From positions 44,733 through 108,732 of the forward strand of contig JAQWOP010000018.1 of NCBI GenBank assembly GCA_029245795.1: a stretch of 64,000 nucleotides of DNA, given 5' to 3'. The DNA is from Hyphomicrobiales bacterium (GTDB lineage: Bacteria > Pseudomonadota > Alphaproteobacteria > Rhizobiales > TMED25). The stretch's first letter is position 1; each line of letters opens with the position of its first letter. The position numbers and the translations under genes were made by a program. Of this stretch, positions 1 through 14,384 are shown piece after piece. The notes beneath the pieces were generated by a model that saw nothing but the letters and a program-made list of their open reading frames with translations, ran no database searches and was not told the origin of the DNA.

Positions 1-1710
1 ATAGCGAACGTATCTTCAGGTATAATTTCTCGTATGATTAAGAAAGAAATACTTCTACCTACAGAGAATATTATTGAAAATACTAGCCTGATTAATTTAT
101 CAAATAAAACTACCTTCAATAATGAGCAGACTATTGCAGTTAAAAAGATTGCTAATGAAATTAATAATGAAAAAGTAATTCTAATTGATGGAGTAACTGG
201 ATCAGGAAAAACGGAAGTCTATCTTGATGCAGTCAGTAAGATTATTAATACAGGTAAACAAGCTCTAATAATGTTACCTGAGATTACATTAACTCATGAA
301 TTTTTGAGTGATTTTAAATCTAGATTTAAAAATCAAATCGCTGAATGGCATTCCAGCCTCACAGAAAAAGAGAGGAAAGTTATTTGGAGGGGAGTTCTTT
401 TTGGAAAAATTAAATTGATTATAGGTGCGAGATCTAGCTTATTCCTTCCATTTAATAAATTAGGTATCATAGTTGTTGATGAAGAGCATGACCAATCTTA
501 TAAACAGGAAGAAGGCATAATATATCATGCAAGAGATATGGCTGTATTAAGAGCTAAGCATTCAAAAGCAACTTGTATTTTGGCATCAGCAACACCATCC
601 ATTGAATCTTATGAGAATGTAATAACAGGTAGATATGAAAGAGTAGTTATAGGCAAACGCTTTTCAGGTACAAAGATGCCTTCAATAAAATTTATAGATA
701 TGAGATGTGCCGAAAAAGAAAAAGATTCATTTTTACCGAAGGAATTGATTAGGGACATAGAAGAAACTCTCAATAAAAATGAACAAGCGCTATTATTTTT
801 AAATAGGCGTGGTTATTCCCCCTTGTCAATTTGTAGCAATTGTGGAATTCGAATTGATTGTCCAAACTGCGATACTTGGCTGGTCTACCATAAGAAAATT
901 TCTCAATACATATGTCATTATTGTGGCCATTCGGAATATGAGCTATCAAAATGTAAGAATTGTGGGTTACAAGACACAATTATACCAAGTGGAAGAGGTA
1001 TAGAGAGAGTTGCAGAAGAAATTGGAGAAATATTTCCGAATATTAATAAAATGATATTTTCAAGTGACTATTTAAAAAATACAGCCCAGATCGAAAGTGC
1101 ATTAAGGGATATCAAAGCTAATAAAGTAAATTTGATTATTGGGACTCAACTTGTTTCTAAAGGTCATAATTTTCCTTATCTAACGTATGTAGGTATTTTA
1201 GATGCAGATTTTGGTCTAGAATTAACAGATATTCGTGCTGCAGAAAGAACTTATCAGATTTTAAATCAAGTATCAGGACGTGCTGGGAGAATAAGGCAAA
1301 ATAGTGAGGTAAAGATTTTAACACACATGCCCGATCACCCTATTATTCAATCTATTCTTAAAAATAAGAAAGATGATTTTTATAGAACAGAGGTTGAAAT
1401 GAGAAAGAATTCTCGCATGCCACCTTTTTGGAGATTAATTTCTGTGATAATTAGTTCACAAAATAAAGTCATCCTAAATGAGTTTGCAGAAAAATTATAC
1501 AGTACAAGAAATTTTCCTCAAAATATTAATATTTATGGACCAATTGAAGCGCCAGTTTCCAAATTAAATAAAAGATATAGGATGAGATTCTTAATTCGAG
1601 GACCAAGAAATTCAAACATTCAATTATATACAAAAAGATGGCTAGAAAATAAAAAAGTTAGCTCACAAATAAAAATTATTATTGACGTTGATCCACAGAA
1701 TTTCCTTTAG
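1..1710 (+). CDS. priA: Primosomal protein N' (helicase), 5'-truncated by window edge
   Basis: GVTGSGKT Walker A, DEEH, two Cys-rich Zn knuckles, QVSGRAGR, C-terminal IDVDP; frame is open from base 1, upstream of the ATG at 34. Confidence 0.97.
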   Translation: MANVSSGIISRMIKKEILLPTENIIENTSLINLSNKTTFNNEQTIAVKKIANEINNEKVILIDGVTGSGKTEVYLDAVSKIINTGKQALIMLPEITLTHEFLSDFKSRFKNQIAEWHSSLTEKERKVIWRGVLFGKIKLIIGARSSLFLPFNKLGIIVVDEEHDQSYKQEEGIIYHARDMAVLRAKHSKATCILASATPSIESYENVITGRYERVVIGKRFSGTKMPSIKFIDMRCAEKEKDSFLPKELIRDIEETLNKNEQALLFLNRRGYSPLSICSNCGIRIDCPNCDTWLVYHKKISQYICHYCGHSEYELSKCKNCGLQDTIIPSGRGIERVAEEIGEIFPNINKMIFSSDYLKNTAQIESALRDIKANKVNLIIGTQLVSKGHNFPYLTYVGILDADFGLELTDIRAAERTYQILNQVSGRAGRIRQNSEVKILTHMPDHPIIQSILKNKKDDFYRTEVEMRKNSRMPPFWRLISVIISSQNKVILNEFAEKLYSTRNFPQNINIYGPIEAPVSKLNKRYRMRFLIRGPRNSNIQLYTKRWLENKKVSSQIKIIIDVDPQNFL

Positions 1711-1876
1711 AGGTTATATTTGTTATGAATTACTGCTCTCTTGTTGAAATTTATTGAGATTTTATTGCACATCATGAATAGCTGTGGTAATGAATATATA
1801 TTTTCTAGGTTACATCCGTGTAAATCAAACTTAACTAATCTTAATATAGAAAATAATATAGGGATAATACTTTATA

Positions 1877-2434
1877 ATGACACAAGAAATATCTATACCA
1901 GAAGTGTCTAAAAGATATGCAAAAGCTATATTTGAATTAGCAAATGAGAATGAAATACTTGATCAAGTATCAAATGATTTATTTACATTAGAAAAAGCAA
2001 TAATAGATAGTAAAGATTTACGTAGATTAATTTCAAGCCCAACTTTCTCATCTGATGAGCAGATGCAGGTAATGGAACAAATTCTTAATAAACAAAAAGC
2101 AACAGATATAATCAAAAATTTTATAAATGTGTTAATTAAGAATCGTAGAATAAATATATTAGTATCAATTATAGGTGGTTTTAACTTACTTATTCTAAGT
2201 AATAGTGGTGAAGTTAGAGCAGAAGTTACCTCTGCGCAGGATCTTTCTATGGAACAACTTGACGGTATAAAAAGTAATCTTAAAAAATTAACCGAAAAAG
2301 AAATTAAATTAGAAACGAAATTAGACCCAGAAATCATGGGTGGAATTATAGTAAAAATAGGATCGCAGATGATAGATACTTCTGTATCCACTAAGTTGAA
2401 TAATCTCAAAATTCTTATGAAAGGTGCAAACTAA
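1877..2434 (+). CDS. atpH: F1 ATP synthase subunit delta
   Basis: RYAKAIF N-terminus, [16 protein letters not shown]-terminus; first gene of the F1 operon. Confidence 0.97.
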   Translation: MTQEISIPEVSKRYAKAIFELANENEILDQVSNDLFTLEKAIIDSKDLRRLISSPTFSSDEQMQVMEQILNKQKATDIIKNFINVLIKNRRINILVSIIGGFNLLILSNSGEVRAEVTSAQDLSMEQLDGIKSNLKKLTEKEIKLETKLDPEIMGGIIVKIGSQMIDTSVSTKLNNLKILMKGAN

Positions 2435-3969
2435 TGGATCTAAAAGCCGCAGAGATTTCTGCAATACTGAAGGAAAAAATAAAAAGTTTTGATGCAAATG
2501 CAGAAGTATCCGAAGTTGGTCAGGTATTATCTGTAGGTGACGGAATAGCTAGGGTATATGGATTGGATAATGTTCAAGCCGGTGAAATGGTAGAATTTTC
2601 AAACGGCGTAAAAGGAATGGCATTGAACCTTGAGATGGATAATGTTGGAATAGTTATTTTTGGAGATGACAAAGATATTCACGAAGGCGATGTTGTGAAA
2701 AGAACAGGAGATATTGTTGAGGTTCCAATAGGGAAAGAATTACTTGGTAGAGTTGTTGATGCACTAGGAAATCCAATTGATGGTAAGGGGCCTATAAAAG
2801 CAAAAAAAAATGGTAGAGTGGATATCAAAGCCCCAGGCATTATGCCAAGAAAATCAGTTCATGAACCAATGCAAACTGGTCTTAAAGCTATTGATGCACT
2901 CATTCCAATTGGGAGAGGTCAAAGAGAATTAATAATTGGCGATAGACAAACAGGTAAGACAGCGATTGCTCTTGATACTATTCTTAATCAAAAATCAGTT
3001 AATGAGACAGATGATGAAAGTGCTAAGTTATATTGCGTTTATGTTGCAATTGGACAAAAAAGATCATCTGTTGCTCAATTAGTAAAAATTTTAGAAGATA
3101 ATGGAGCTCTTGAATATTCAATTATTGTTGCGGCAACTGCATCTGACCCGGCTCCATTACAATTTTTAGCCCCATTCTCAGGATGTACTATGGGGGAATA
3201 TTTCCGAGATAATGGTATGCACTCATTAATTGTTTATGATGATTTATCAAAACAAGCAGTTGCATATAGACAGATGTCTCTCTTGTTGAGAAGGCCCCCA
3301 GGAAGAGAAGCTTATCCAGGTGACGTTTTCTATTTGCACTCAAGATTATTAGAAAGAGCTGCAAAGTTAAATGAAGATAATGGTTCTGGCTCTCTAACAG
3401 CACTTCCTGTAATTGAAACGCAGGCAAATGATGTTTCAGCATTTATCCCAACAAATGTGATTTCTATAACTGACGGACAAATATTCCTAGAAACGGATTT
3501 ATTCTATCAAGGAATTAGGCCTGCTGTAAATGTAGGGTTGTCTGTTAGCCGTGTTGGATCTGCAGCTCAAATAAAGGCAATGAAACAAGTTGCTGGAAAG
3601 ATCAAGGGAGAACTTGCCCAATATCGTGAGATGGCAGCTTTTGCTCAGTTCGGTTCAGATCTAGATGCAACTACACAGCGCCTTCTTGCAAGGGGAGAAC
3701 GATTAACAGAGTTATTAAAACAACCACAATTTAGTCCACTAAAAGTTGAAGAGCAGGTATGCTCAATATACGCAGCAGTTAATGGGTTTTTAGATTCTGT
3801 TCCTGTGAATAAGATTTCAGCTTACGAAAAAGAGCTATTGGAAACAATAAATATTTCTCATAAAGATATATTATCTTCCATTGTAAAAGAATCCCAGCTT
3901 TCTGAAAAGACTGAAGAAAAACTAAAAAATGTTATTGAGTCCCATACAAAATCATTTTCAACGGAGTAG
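2434..3969 (+). CDS. atpA: F1 ATP synthase subunit alpha
   Basis: [29 protein letters not shown]. Confidence 0.99.
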   Translation: MDLKAAEISAILKEKIKSFDANAEVSEVGQVLSVGDGIARVYGLDNVQAGEMVEFSNGVKGMALNLEMDNVGIVIFGDDKDIHEGDVVKRTGDIVEVPIGKELLGRVVDALGNPIDGKGPIKAKKNGRVDIKAPGIMPRKSVHEPMQTGLKAIDALIPIGRGQRELIIGDRQTGKTAIALDTILNQKSVNETDDESAKLYCVYVAIGQKRSSVAQLVKILEDNGALEYSIIVAATASDPAPLQFLAPFSGCTMGEYFRDNGMHSLIVYDDLSKQAVAYRQMSLLLRRPPGREAYPGDVFYLHSRLLERAAKLNEDNGSGSLTALPVIETQANDVSAFIPTNVISITDGQIFLETDLFYQGIRPAVNVGLSVSRVGSAAQIKAMKQVAGKIKGELAQYREMAAFAQFGSDLDATTQRLLARGERLTELLKQPQFSPLKVEEQVCSIYAAVNGFLDSVPVNKISAYEKELLETINISHKDILSSIVKESQLSEKTEEKLKNVIESHTKSFSTE

Positions 3970-3973
3970 TTAA

Positions 3974-4873
3974 TTGCCAAATTTAAAAGAGTTAAAAAAT
4001 AGGCAAGTAAGTGTCAAGTCAACCCAAAAAATAACAAGGGCTATGCAAATGGTTGCTGCTGCTAAGTTAAGTAAAGCACAAGAAAGTGCGCAAAGCGCAA
4101 GACCTTATGCAAGTAGATTAGCAAAAGTAATGGGTAATCTACTTGAATCAGTTGAAGGTGGATCTGATGCTCCAGAATTAATGATAGGATCAGGTAAATC
4201 TGATACTTATCTCTTAGTTGTGGCTACAGCTGACAGAGGACTTTGTGGAGCATTTAACTCAAATATTATAAAATTAGCATCGAAAGAAATAAAAGAGTTA
4301 TTATCTGAAGGCAAAGAGGTAAAAATTCTCTGTATAGGCAAAAAGGGCTATGATCTTCTTAGAAGAAATCATAAAGACAAGATTTTAGAATTTATAAGTC
4401 TTAAAGAAATAAAGAATATTTCATATATGGAAGCAGCAAATATTGGAAATAAAGTAGTTAAGATGTTTGAGGATGAGCAGTTTGATATTTGTAAGTTGTA
4501 TTATTCAAGCTTTAAATCAGTTATATCCCAGATTCCTGTTTCTAAGCAGTTGATTCCATTAGAGTTCAAAAGTGAATCTAATGAACATCAAGAAAGAGAT
4601 GTTACAGAATCTAATAAAGCAATCTATGATTATGAGCCTGAAGAGAGTGATGTTATGGAGGAACTGTTGCCTCTTAATTTAAACATTCAAATTTTTCAGG
4701 GTCTATTAGAAAACGCTGCAAGTGAGCAGGGTTCAAGAATGTCTGCAATGGATAATGCTACAAGGAATGCAGGTGAAATGATAAATAAATTAACTTTACA
4801 ATACAATAGGACCAGACAAGCAATAATTACAAAAGAACTAATTGAAATTATATCTGGTGCAGAAGCTCTTTAA
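3974..4873 (+). CDS. atpG: F1 ATP synthase subunit gamma (TTG start)
   Basis: KITRAMQMVAAAK, DRGLCGAFN, RQAIITKELIEIISGA; GGAG upstream. Confidence 0.99.
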   Translation: MPNLKELKNRQVSVKSTQKITRAMQMVAAAKLSKAQESAQSARPYASRLAKVMGNLLESVEGGSDAPELMIGSGKSDTYLLVVATADRGLCGAFNSNIIKLASKEIKELLSEGKEVKILCIGKKGYDLLRRNHKDKILEFISLKEIKNISYMEAANIGNKVVKMFEDEQFDICKLYYSSFKSVISQIPVSKQLIPLEFKSESNEHQERDVTESNKAIYDYEPEESDVMEELLPLNLNIQIFQGLLENAASEQGSRMSAMDNATRNAGEMINKLTLQYNRTRQAIITKELIEIISGAEAL

Positions 4874-4886
4874 ATATACGAGGTAG

Positions 4887-6317
<1,431 letters not shown>

Positions 6318-6336
6318 TCTTTTTTGAGATTATAAT

Positions 6337-6735
6337 ATGGATAAATTTAAATTAGAGTTTGTAACTCCTGAGAAGTTATTATTTTCAAGTGAAGTTGAGC
6401 AGGTTATAATACCCGGTTCGGATGGTGAGTTTACAATCCTTGCCGAACATTCACCAATAATATCGTCTATGAAAGCTGGATTAATAAGAATATATTCTGA
6501 AATTATTAGTGATCCATTAGTCTATTTTGTGACCGAAGGATTTATTGATATGGCTTCAAATAATTTAACAATTTTGGCTCAAAATGCTATTGAGAAAGAT
6601 CAATTGGATAAACAGAAATTAAATGTTTTAATTGAAACATATCAAAAAGAGATTGATATAACTGATAATGATAGTAGAAAAAATAAGTACAACATAAAGA
6701 TTGAAAATATAAGAGCTATACAAACCGATATATAG
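6337..6735 (+). CDS. atpC: F1 ATP synthase subunit epsilon
   Basis: VTPEK...PGSDGEFTILAEHSP; last gene of the F1 operon. Confidence 0.96.
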   Translation: MDKFKLEFVTPEKLLFSSEVEQVIIPGSDGEFTILAEHSPIISSMKAGLIRIYSEIISDPLVYFVTEGFIDMASNNLTILAQNAIEKDQLDKQKLNVLIETYQKEIDITDNDSRKNKYNIKIENIRAIQTDI

Positions 6736-6738
6736 TTA

Positions 6739-7236
6739 TCATATCAAAAGACCTTTAAATTCATCCAAGACCTTAATGTAAGTTTGCTTTTTGAAGTCTA
6801 TAATCATATCCAATATATTTTCTCTTGATTCCCATTTCCAGTCTGTAAACTCTTGATTGAGATCAGAATTATTATCTGGGATTAGATTAACCTCAGCGTC
6901 TTCGCCTGTGTGGTGTAAAAGAAACCATTTTTGTGTTTGTCCAATATAATTCCCTTTCATATTATTTAATATTATTTTAGGAATTTCATATCTATACCAA
7001 TGCGATGAAATGCTGATTATTTTTAATTTCTTTAGACCCGTTTCTTCATAGACTTCTCTGAAAACAGCCTTTTCTGGATTTTCACCAGGATCAATACCAC
7101 CTTGAGGCATTTGCCAAAGATGATCAGTTTGGTAAGCTGTTTTATTAATTCTTTTACCAAGCCAAACTTCAGATCTATTATTAATAATCATAGCGCCAAC
7201 ACATGGCCTATAGTATTTATCAGTATCATTAATCAT
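6739..7236 (-). CDS. rppH: RNA pyrophosphohydrolase (Nudix)
   Basis: YRPCVG, WQMPQGGID...REVYEETG Nudix box, GQTQKWF. Confidence 0.95.
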   Translation of the reverse strand: MINDTDKYYRPCVGAMIINNRSEVWLGKRINKTAYQTDHLWQMPQGGIDPGENPEKAVFREVYEETGLKKLKIISISSHWYRYEIPKIILNNMKGNYIGQTQKWFLLHHTGEDAEVNLIPDNNSDLNQEFTDWKWESRENILDMIIDFKKQTYIKVLDEFKGLLI

Positions 7237-8432
7237 TTTACTCTCCTGGAGTGTCTTGCAAGGAGTAGTTTCTTTGCAAATTCCAGTTGATTATCTGATG
7301 ATAATTCATCATCTTGAGAGTTATTTGTATTTTCAATTTTATAGAGAGGTTTTATTCCTATTTTATCTATTGAGATATCATTAGGGGTATAATATTTTGC
7401 TGTTGTTAGTCTTATTGCCCCATCTTTTGAGCCAAGTGGGATAATTGATTGTACTGATCCTTTCCCATATGTTTTTGTTCCAATTACAGTCGCTCTGCCA
7501 TTGTCACCTAAAGCTCCAGCAAATATTTCAGATGCAGAGGCTGATCCACCATTAGTAATTATAATAAGGTCAGATTTATTAGTAATATCACCTTTTTTTG
7601 CAAAGTATCTATTTTTTCTCTTTTGATTACGAAACTTTGTTGAAACTATTTCTCCTTTATCCAAGAATAGATCGGTGACTTTAATTGACTGATCAAGGAG
7701 GCCGCCTGGGTTGTTTCTAATATCAATAATAAATCCTTTTATTTTACCATTAGACTCCTGGTTTAACTCTTTAACCGCAGTAACAATTTTCTTATCAGCA
7801 AGATCATTAAAGGAAGATATTCTAATATAACCTATATTTTCTTCAAGAAGTTCAAATTTAACAGGCGTTATCTGAATTATCTCTCTAACTATTTTTACAT
7901 CAAATGTTGTTTCTTCACCTTCTCTAAATATTGTCAGCACGATAGGTGTATTTGCGTAGCCTCTCATCAAACCCACAGCTTCATCTAAAAACATACCATA
8001 TACATCAGTTCCATCTATTGCAGTTATATAATCTCCTGTGCGCATCCCCGCTTTTGCTGCTGGTGTATCATCGATTGGAGAAATAACTCTTATCCATCCA
8101 TTGTCATCAAGAGTTACTTCAAGACCTAGGCCTCCATAAAAACCTTTAGTATCAACCTCCGTTTCTTTAAAATCATCTTCTGACAAATATGTGGAGTAGG
8201 GGTCTAATGATTGAAGCATTCCTCTTAAAGCAGAATAAATAAGCTCTTTACTATCAATGTCATCGACATACTGTTCTTCTACTTCAGTGAAAACACTAAT
8301 AAATAATTTAAATAACTCAATATCTTCATCGTGACTATTTGCAAAAGAAGATGATTTTGAAAAAAAAGAAAATAATATCACAAAAAGTATTAGGGAAAAT
8401 ATTCTAGAGGTCTTATTTTTTGAACTATTCAT
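7233..8432 (-). CDS. ctpA: Carboxyl-terminal processing protease, S41 family
   Basis: N-terminal signal peptide, LDPYS, PDZ domain, DIRNNPGG, ASASEI and GKGSVQ catalytic motifs. Confidence 0.93.
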   Translation of the reverse strand: MNSSKNKTSRIFSLILFVILFSFFSKSSSFANSHDEDIELFKLFISVFTEVEEQYVDDIDSKELIYSALRGMLQSLDPYSTYLSEDDFKETEVDTKGFYGGLGLEVTLDDNGWIRVISPIDDTPAAKAGMRTGDYITAIDGTDVYGMFLDEAVGLMRGYANTPIVLTIFREGEETTFDVKIVREIIQITPVKFELLEENIGYIRISSFNDLADKKIVTAVKELNQESNGKIKGFIIDIRNNPGGLLDQSIKVTDLFLDKGEIVSTKFRNQKRKNRYFAKKGDITNKSDLIIITNGGSASASEIFAGALGDNGRATVIGTKTYGKGSVQSIIPLGSKDGAIRLTTAKYYTPNDISIDKIGIKPLYKIENTNNSQDDELSSDNQLEFAKKLLLARHSRRVK

Positions 8433-8433
8433 C

Positions 8434-8919
8434 TTAATCTCTATGATATGGGTGATTGATCAATATTGATAGAGATCTATATAACTGTTCCATTAGAAAA
8501 ACCCTTGCCATGAGGTGAGGAAGTGTCATTTTACTTAATGATATCGTTTCATCAGCTATTTTTTTTAAACTATTTGAGCTACCATCAGGCCCACCGATAA
8601 TGAAATTTATTTCACTTTTAGGTTCATTTAAATATTTTTCTAGCATAGATTTAAACTCTTTAGTTGTGAATGATTTTCCTTTCTCATCAAGCAAGATATT
8701 GATTGAGTCTGGTAAGTTAATTTTTTTTACTAACACCTCATATTCTTTTTCTTTTCGAGAATTAGTATTTTTATCATTAGATTTATTAATTTCGACTATT
8801 TCAAAATTTGTGATTCCAACTCTCTTATTAATAACAATAATATTTTTTAAATAATGATCAAAGATTGATATATATTTACTATTAGTAATCTTACCTATAG
8901 CTAATAATCTTAGATTCAA
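8434..8919 (-). CDS. rlmH: 23S rRNA pseudouridine-1915 N3-methyltransferase
   Basis: IGGPDG, MTLPH, EQLYR...HPYH; follows rsfS. Confidence 0.96.
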   Translation of the reverse strand: MNLRLLAIGKITNSKYISIFDHYLKNIIVINKRVGITNFEIVEINKSNDKNTNSRKEKEYEVLVKKINLPDSINILLDEKGKSFTTKEFKSMLEKYLNEPKSEINFIIGGPDGSSNSLKKIADETISLSKMTLPHLMARVFLMEQLYRSLSILINHPYHRD

Positions 8920-8923
8920 GTGA

Positions 8924-9277
8924 TCAACCTATTTTTGTTTCTTCATTAATAATCAGATTTTCTGACCATATTTTTTCTATCATATAAAATTCTCTAACCC
9001 CTGGTTTAAAGATATTTATAATTGCATCTATTGCATCTATTAGAACCCAATCACTGCTTGGAAGCCCTTCAATTTGTATATCCTTATAAGAATTATTTTT
9101 TAAGGTTCTTTGTATTTTGTCTGCTATTGAACTAACATGTCTAGATGATGTTCCACTTGATACAATCATAAAGTCAGCAATTGAGCTCTTTTTACTAATA
9201 TCTATGATTACTGTATTTTGGGCTTTCATCTCCTCAAGACAATTACTTACTATTTTAATTATTTTTTTATCTGTCAT
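8924..9277 (-). CDS. rsfS: Ribosome silencing factor (Iojap)
   Basis: KAQN..IDI, SGTSSRHV, DWVLID, REFY.IEKIW. Confidence 0.95.
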   Translation of the reverse strand: MTDKKIIKIVSNCLEEMKAQNTVIIDISKKSSIADFMIVSSGTSSRHVSSIADKIQRTLKNNSYKDIQIEGLPSSDWVLIDAIDAIINIFKPGVREFYMIEKIWSENLIINEETKIG

Positions 9278-9914
9278 TTTGGTTATATATTTTTAATTTT
9301 TTACGAATTTCTGTAGATGAATTAAAGTTAAGTTTATTATGTAAGAAAATCCAGCAGGGTTTTTTAGAGTTTATAATATATGATGCATCATTTTCATCAA
9401 TCCTGTATTTTTTATATTTATTTGCAAAGATAGTAGATGAAACATCAAGAGATGAGCTAGGTCTGTCAATAATTGCTATTGGTATTTCTTTAATAATCTT
9501 CTCCCACTCCATCCATAAATGAAAATATCTTAAATTATCCGCTCCCATAATCCATATAAATTTTGTATTTGGATATTTTTTCTTTAAATATTCTATCGTT
9601 CCAATCGTATAAATCGTACCAGTTCTTTGTTCTATATCATTTATAATGATTTTACTTGTTTTAAGTTTATTTTTAGCAGAAGAAGTTCTTTTTTTGAAGT
9701 CAAAAAGTACATCATATTTTTTTAAAGGATTCCTTGGACTCACAACCCACCATATAATATCTAAATTTAATTTCTTAAGTGCTGCCTCACTAATTTTTAT
9801 ATGCCCATCATGACTAGGATTGAATGATCCGCCCAATATACCAATTCTTTGATTGCTGGACGCAAAATTTGTTTTACCTATTATCCATCTCTTTATTTTA
9901 GGCTTGCTTATCAT
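9267..9914 (-). CDS. nadD: Nicotinate-nucleotide adenylyltransferase
   Basis: GGSFNPSHDGH, MGADN, SSTEIR. Confidence 0.95.
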   Translation of the reverse strand: MISKPKIKRWIIGKTNFASSNQRIGILGGSFNPSHDGHIKISEAALKKLNLDIIWWVVSPRNPLKKYDVLFDFKKRTSSAKNKLKTSKIIINDIEQRTGTIYTIGTIEYLKKKYPNTKFIWIMGADNLRYFHLWMEWEKIIKEIPIAIIDRPSSSLDVSSTIFANKYKKYRIDENDASYIINSKKPCWIFLHNKLNFNSSTEIRKKLKIYNQNDR

Positions 9915-9927
9915 TCTTATATTTTAC

Positions 9928-11197
9928 TCAAGGGCGAATCTGTCCATTTCCATGAACAATATATTTAAACGTAGTTAATTGTTCTAATCCAATTGGGCCT
10001 CTAGCATGCAAACGGCCGGTTGAAATTCCAATTTCAGCTCCAAAACCAAATTCCCCTCCATCAGCAAATTGCGTTGAGGCATTAACAAGAATAATTGAAC
10101 TTCCAATATTTTTTAGGAAGTATTCGTTAGATTCAGGATTTTCGCTAATTATTGCTTCAGTATGACCTGTACCATATTTTTCAATATGGATAATTGCCTC
10201 ATCAATATTATTTACAATCTTAACTGAAATTATTGCATCTAAGTATTCAGTCGACCAATCAGATTCTTTGACTGATTTTGTTTTTTGAAATATATCTTTT
10301 ACAGTTTTATCACCACGGATTTCGCATCCTAATTGGTCAAGTTTTTCAAGTATTTTTGGTAGGAATTTTTTAGCTATTGATTTATCAATCAGCAATGTTT
10401 CTGCAGCCCCACATATCGAAGGACGTCTCATTTTAGCGTTTGCGCTTATATTTATTGCATTTTCAAGATTTGCACTGTCATTTATATAAATATGACATAT
10501 TCCCTCTAGATGACCAAATACTGAGACTTTTGCCTCTTTTTCGACTCTCGATACGAGGCTTTTGCCACCCCTTGGGACAATAACATCAATATTGGAGTCA
10601 AGACCACTAAGCATCATCCCTACTGCCTCTCGATCAGTCATTGGAACAAATTGAATTGAGTTAGCATCAAGGTTTGTTTTTTCTAAGGCAGTTCTAATTG
10701 ATTGATAAATAGCTAAGCTTGAATGGAAACTATCAGAGCCACTTCTTAATATTGATGCGTTTCCAGATTTCAAGCATAAACATGCGGCATCTGCTGTAAC
10801 ATTTGGACGACTTTCATAAATTATTCCAATAACGCCAATCGGAATACTTACTCTATTTATCAATAGTCCATTGGGCCTTTCCCAGCTATTTAATGTTTTT
10901 CCAATTGGGTCAGCTAGACTAATAATATTATTAATACTTATGGATATATTTTTGATACTATTTTCATTTAGCGTTAATCTATCAATAATTGCCTTGGACT
11001 TATTATTTGATCTTGCGAGTTCTATATCTCTTTTATTTTCATTTAATATTTTCTTGATATCTTTATCTATATTTTTAGCGATTACCTGAAGGGCAGTATT
11101 TTTTTCATCAGTTGTTGCTCGTGCAAGTCTCGAATTTGCTTTTCTTGCATTTAAACCAATTTTTTTCATTATGTCTTTAATGTTATTGCTCATCAGA

Positions 11198-11208
<11 letters not shown>
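9928..11208 (-). CDS. proA: Gamma-glutamyl phosphate reductase
   Basis: IYESRPNVT, ICGAAETLL, NASTQFADGGEFG, HARGPIGL. Confidence 0.97.
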
Positions 11209-13377
<2,169 letters not shown>

Positions 13378-13423
13378 TTATCAATTTTTACGGAATTTGG
13401 TTAGTTATAGGAAATATAATTAT

Positions 13424-13681
13424 TTAATTTGCTTCTATAACATTGATAGTTCTTCTACCAGTTCTTTTATCAACAAATTTAACTGTGCCAGTTTTTTTGG
13501 CGAATATTGTATGATCTTTACCAATACCTACATTTACGCCTGGGTGCCAAGTGGTTCCCCTTTGTCTTATGATTATGTTACCGGGAATTACCAGTTCACC
13601 ACCAAATTTTTTCACACCAAGTCTTCTCCCAGCGGAGTCACGTCCGTTCTTTGATGATCCACCTGCTTTTTTATGTGCCAT
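13424..13681 (-). CDS. rpmA: 50S ribosomal protein L27
   Basis: [16 protein letters not shown]. Confidence 0.99.
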   Translation of the reverse strand: MAHKKAGGSSKNGRDSAGRRLGVKKFGGELVIPGNIIIRQRGTTWHPGVNVGIGKDHTIFAKKTGTVKFVDKRTGRRTINVIEAN

Positions 13682-13717
13682 AATTTCCTCGTATATTCTG
13701 TTGTAGTGAAATAGTTC

Positions 13718-14218
13718 TTATGTCTCTTTATTATTTTTTTTAACAGTTTTCGTTACATTTTTTGTTTTCTTAACAGCAGCTTTCTTTGAAGCAGCTACTT
13801 TTTTAACTGGTTTCTTTTCTTCTACGACTTCTGCTTTCTTAACCACTTTTTTAACTAATTTTTTTTCTTCTACAGCTTCTGCTTTCTTCGCAACTTTTTT
13901 ATTATTTGATGCTGCTATATCTATAATTTTAAGTTTTGTTTGAAGTTGTCGGTGTCCCGCAGTCCTTCTATAATTTTGTCTTCTTTTTTTCTTAAAAACA
14001 ATAATTTTTTTAGCTCTATTTTGCTCGACAATCTCTGCTGTAACTATTGCATTCTCTATGTAAGGAGAGCCTATAATAGTTTTTTCACCTTCTGTAATCA
14101 TTAAAACGTCTGTAAATGTAACAGTTTTCCCCTGTTCCTCAGGTAATTTCTCAACGATGATTATATCATCTTTATTTACTGAATATTGTTTTCCACCAGT
14201 TTTGATAACTGCAGTCAT
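13718..14218 (-). CDS. rplU: 50S ribosomal protein L21 with Lys/Ala-rich C-terminal extension
   Basis: AVIKTGGKQY, FKKKRRQNYRR.GHRQ; upstream of rpmA. Confidence 0.98.
   Translation of the reverse strand: MTAVIKTGGKQYSVNKDDIIIVEKLPEEQGKTVTFTDVLMITEGEKTIIGSPYIENAIVTAEIVEQNRAKKIIVFKKKRRQNYRRTAGHRQLQTKLKIIDIAASNNKKVAKKAEAVEEKKLVKKVVKKAEVVEEKKPVKKVAASKKAAVKKTKNVTKTVKKNNKET
13805..13900 (-). repeat. Two imperfect tandem 48-nt coding repeats in the rplU tail
   Basis: KKVAKKAEAVEEKKLV (13853-13900) and KKVVKKAEVVEEKKPV (13805-13852), also similar at DNA level. Confidence 0.85.
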
Positions 14219-14384
14219 TTGCTTGCTTTCGTATTAATATTTATATTTAATAAGGTTTAATTTAAATTACTATCAATGTTTAATATTTTAAATCAATTAA
14301 GTCAACTTTTCTTTGCTAAATGAATTAAAAAATTATTATAGTGAATATTAAATTTTTTCTTCTAAATAATGGATCCTTGATCGA

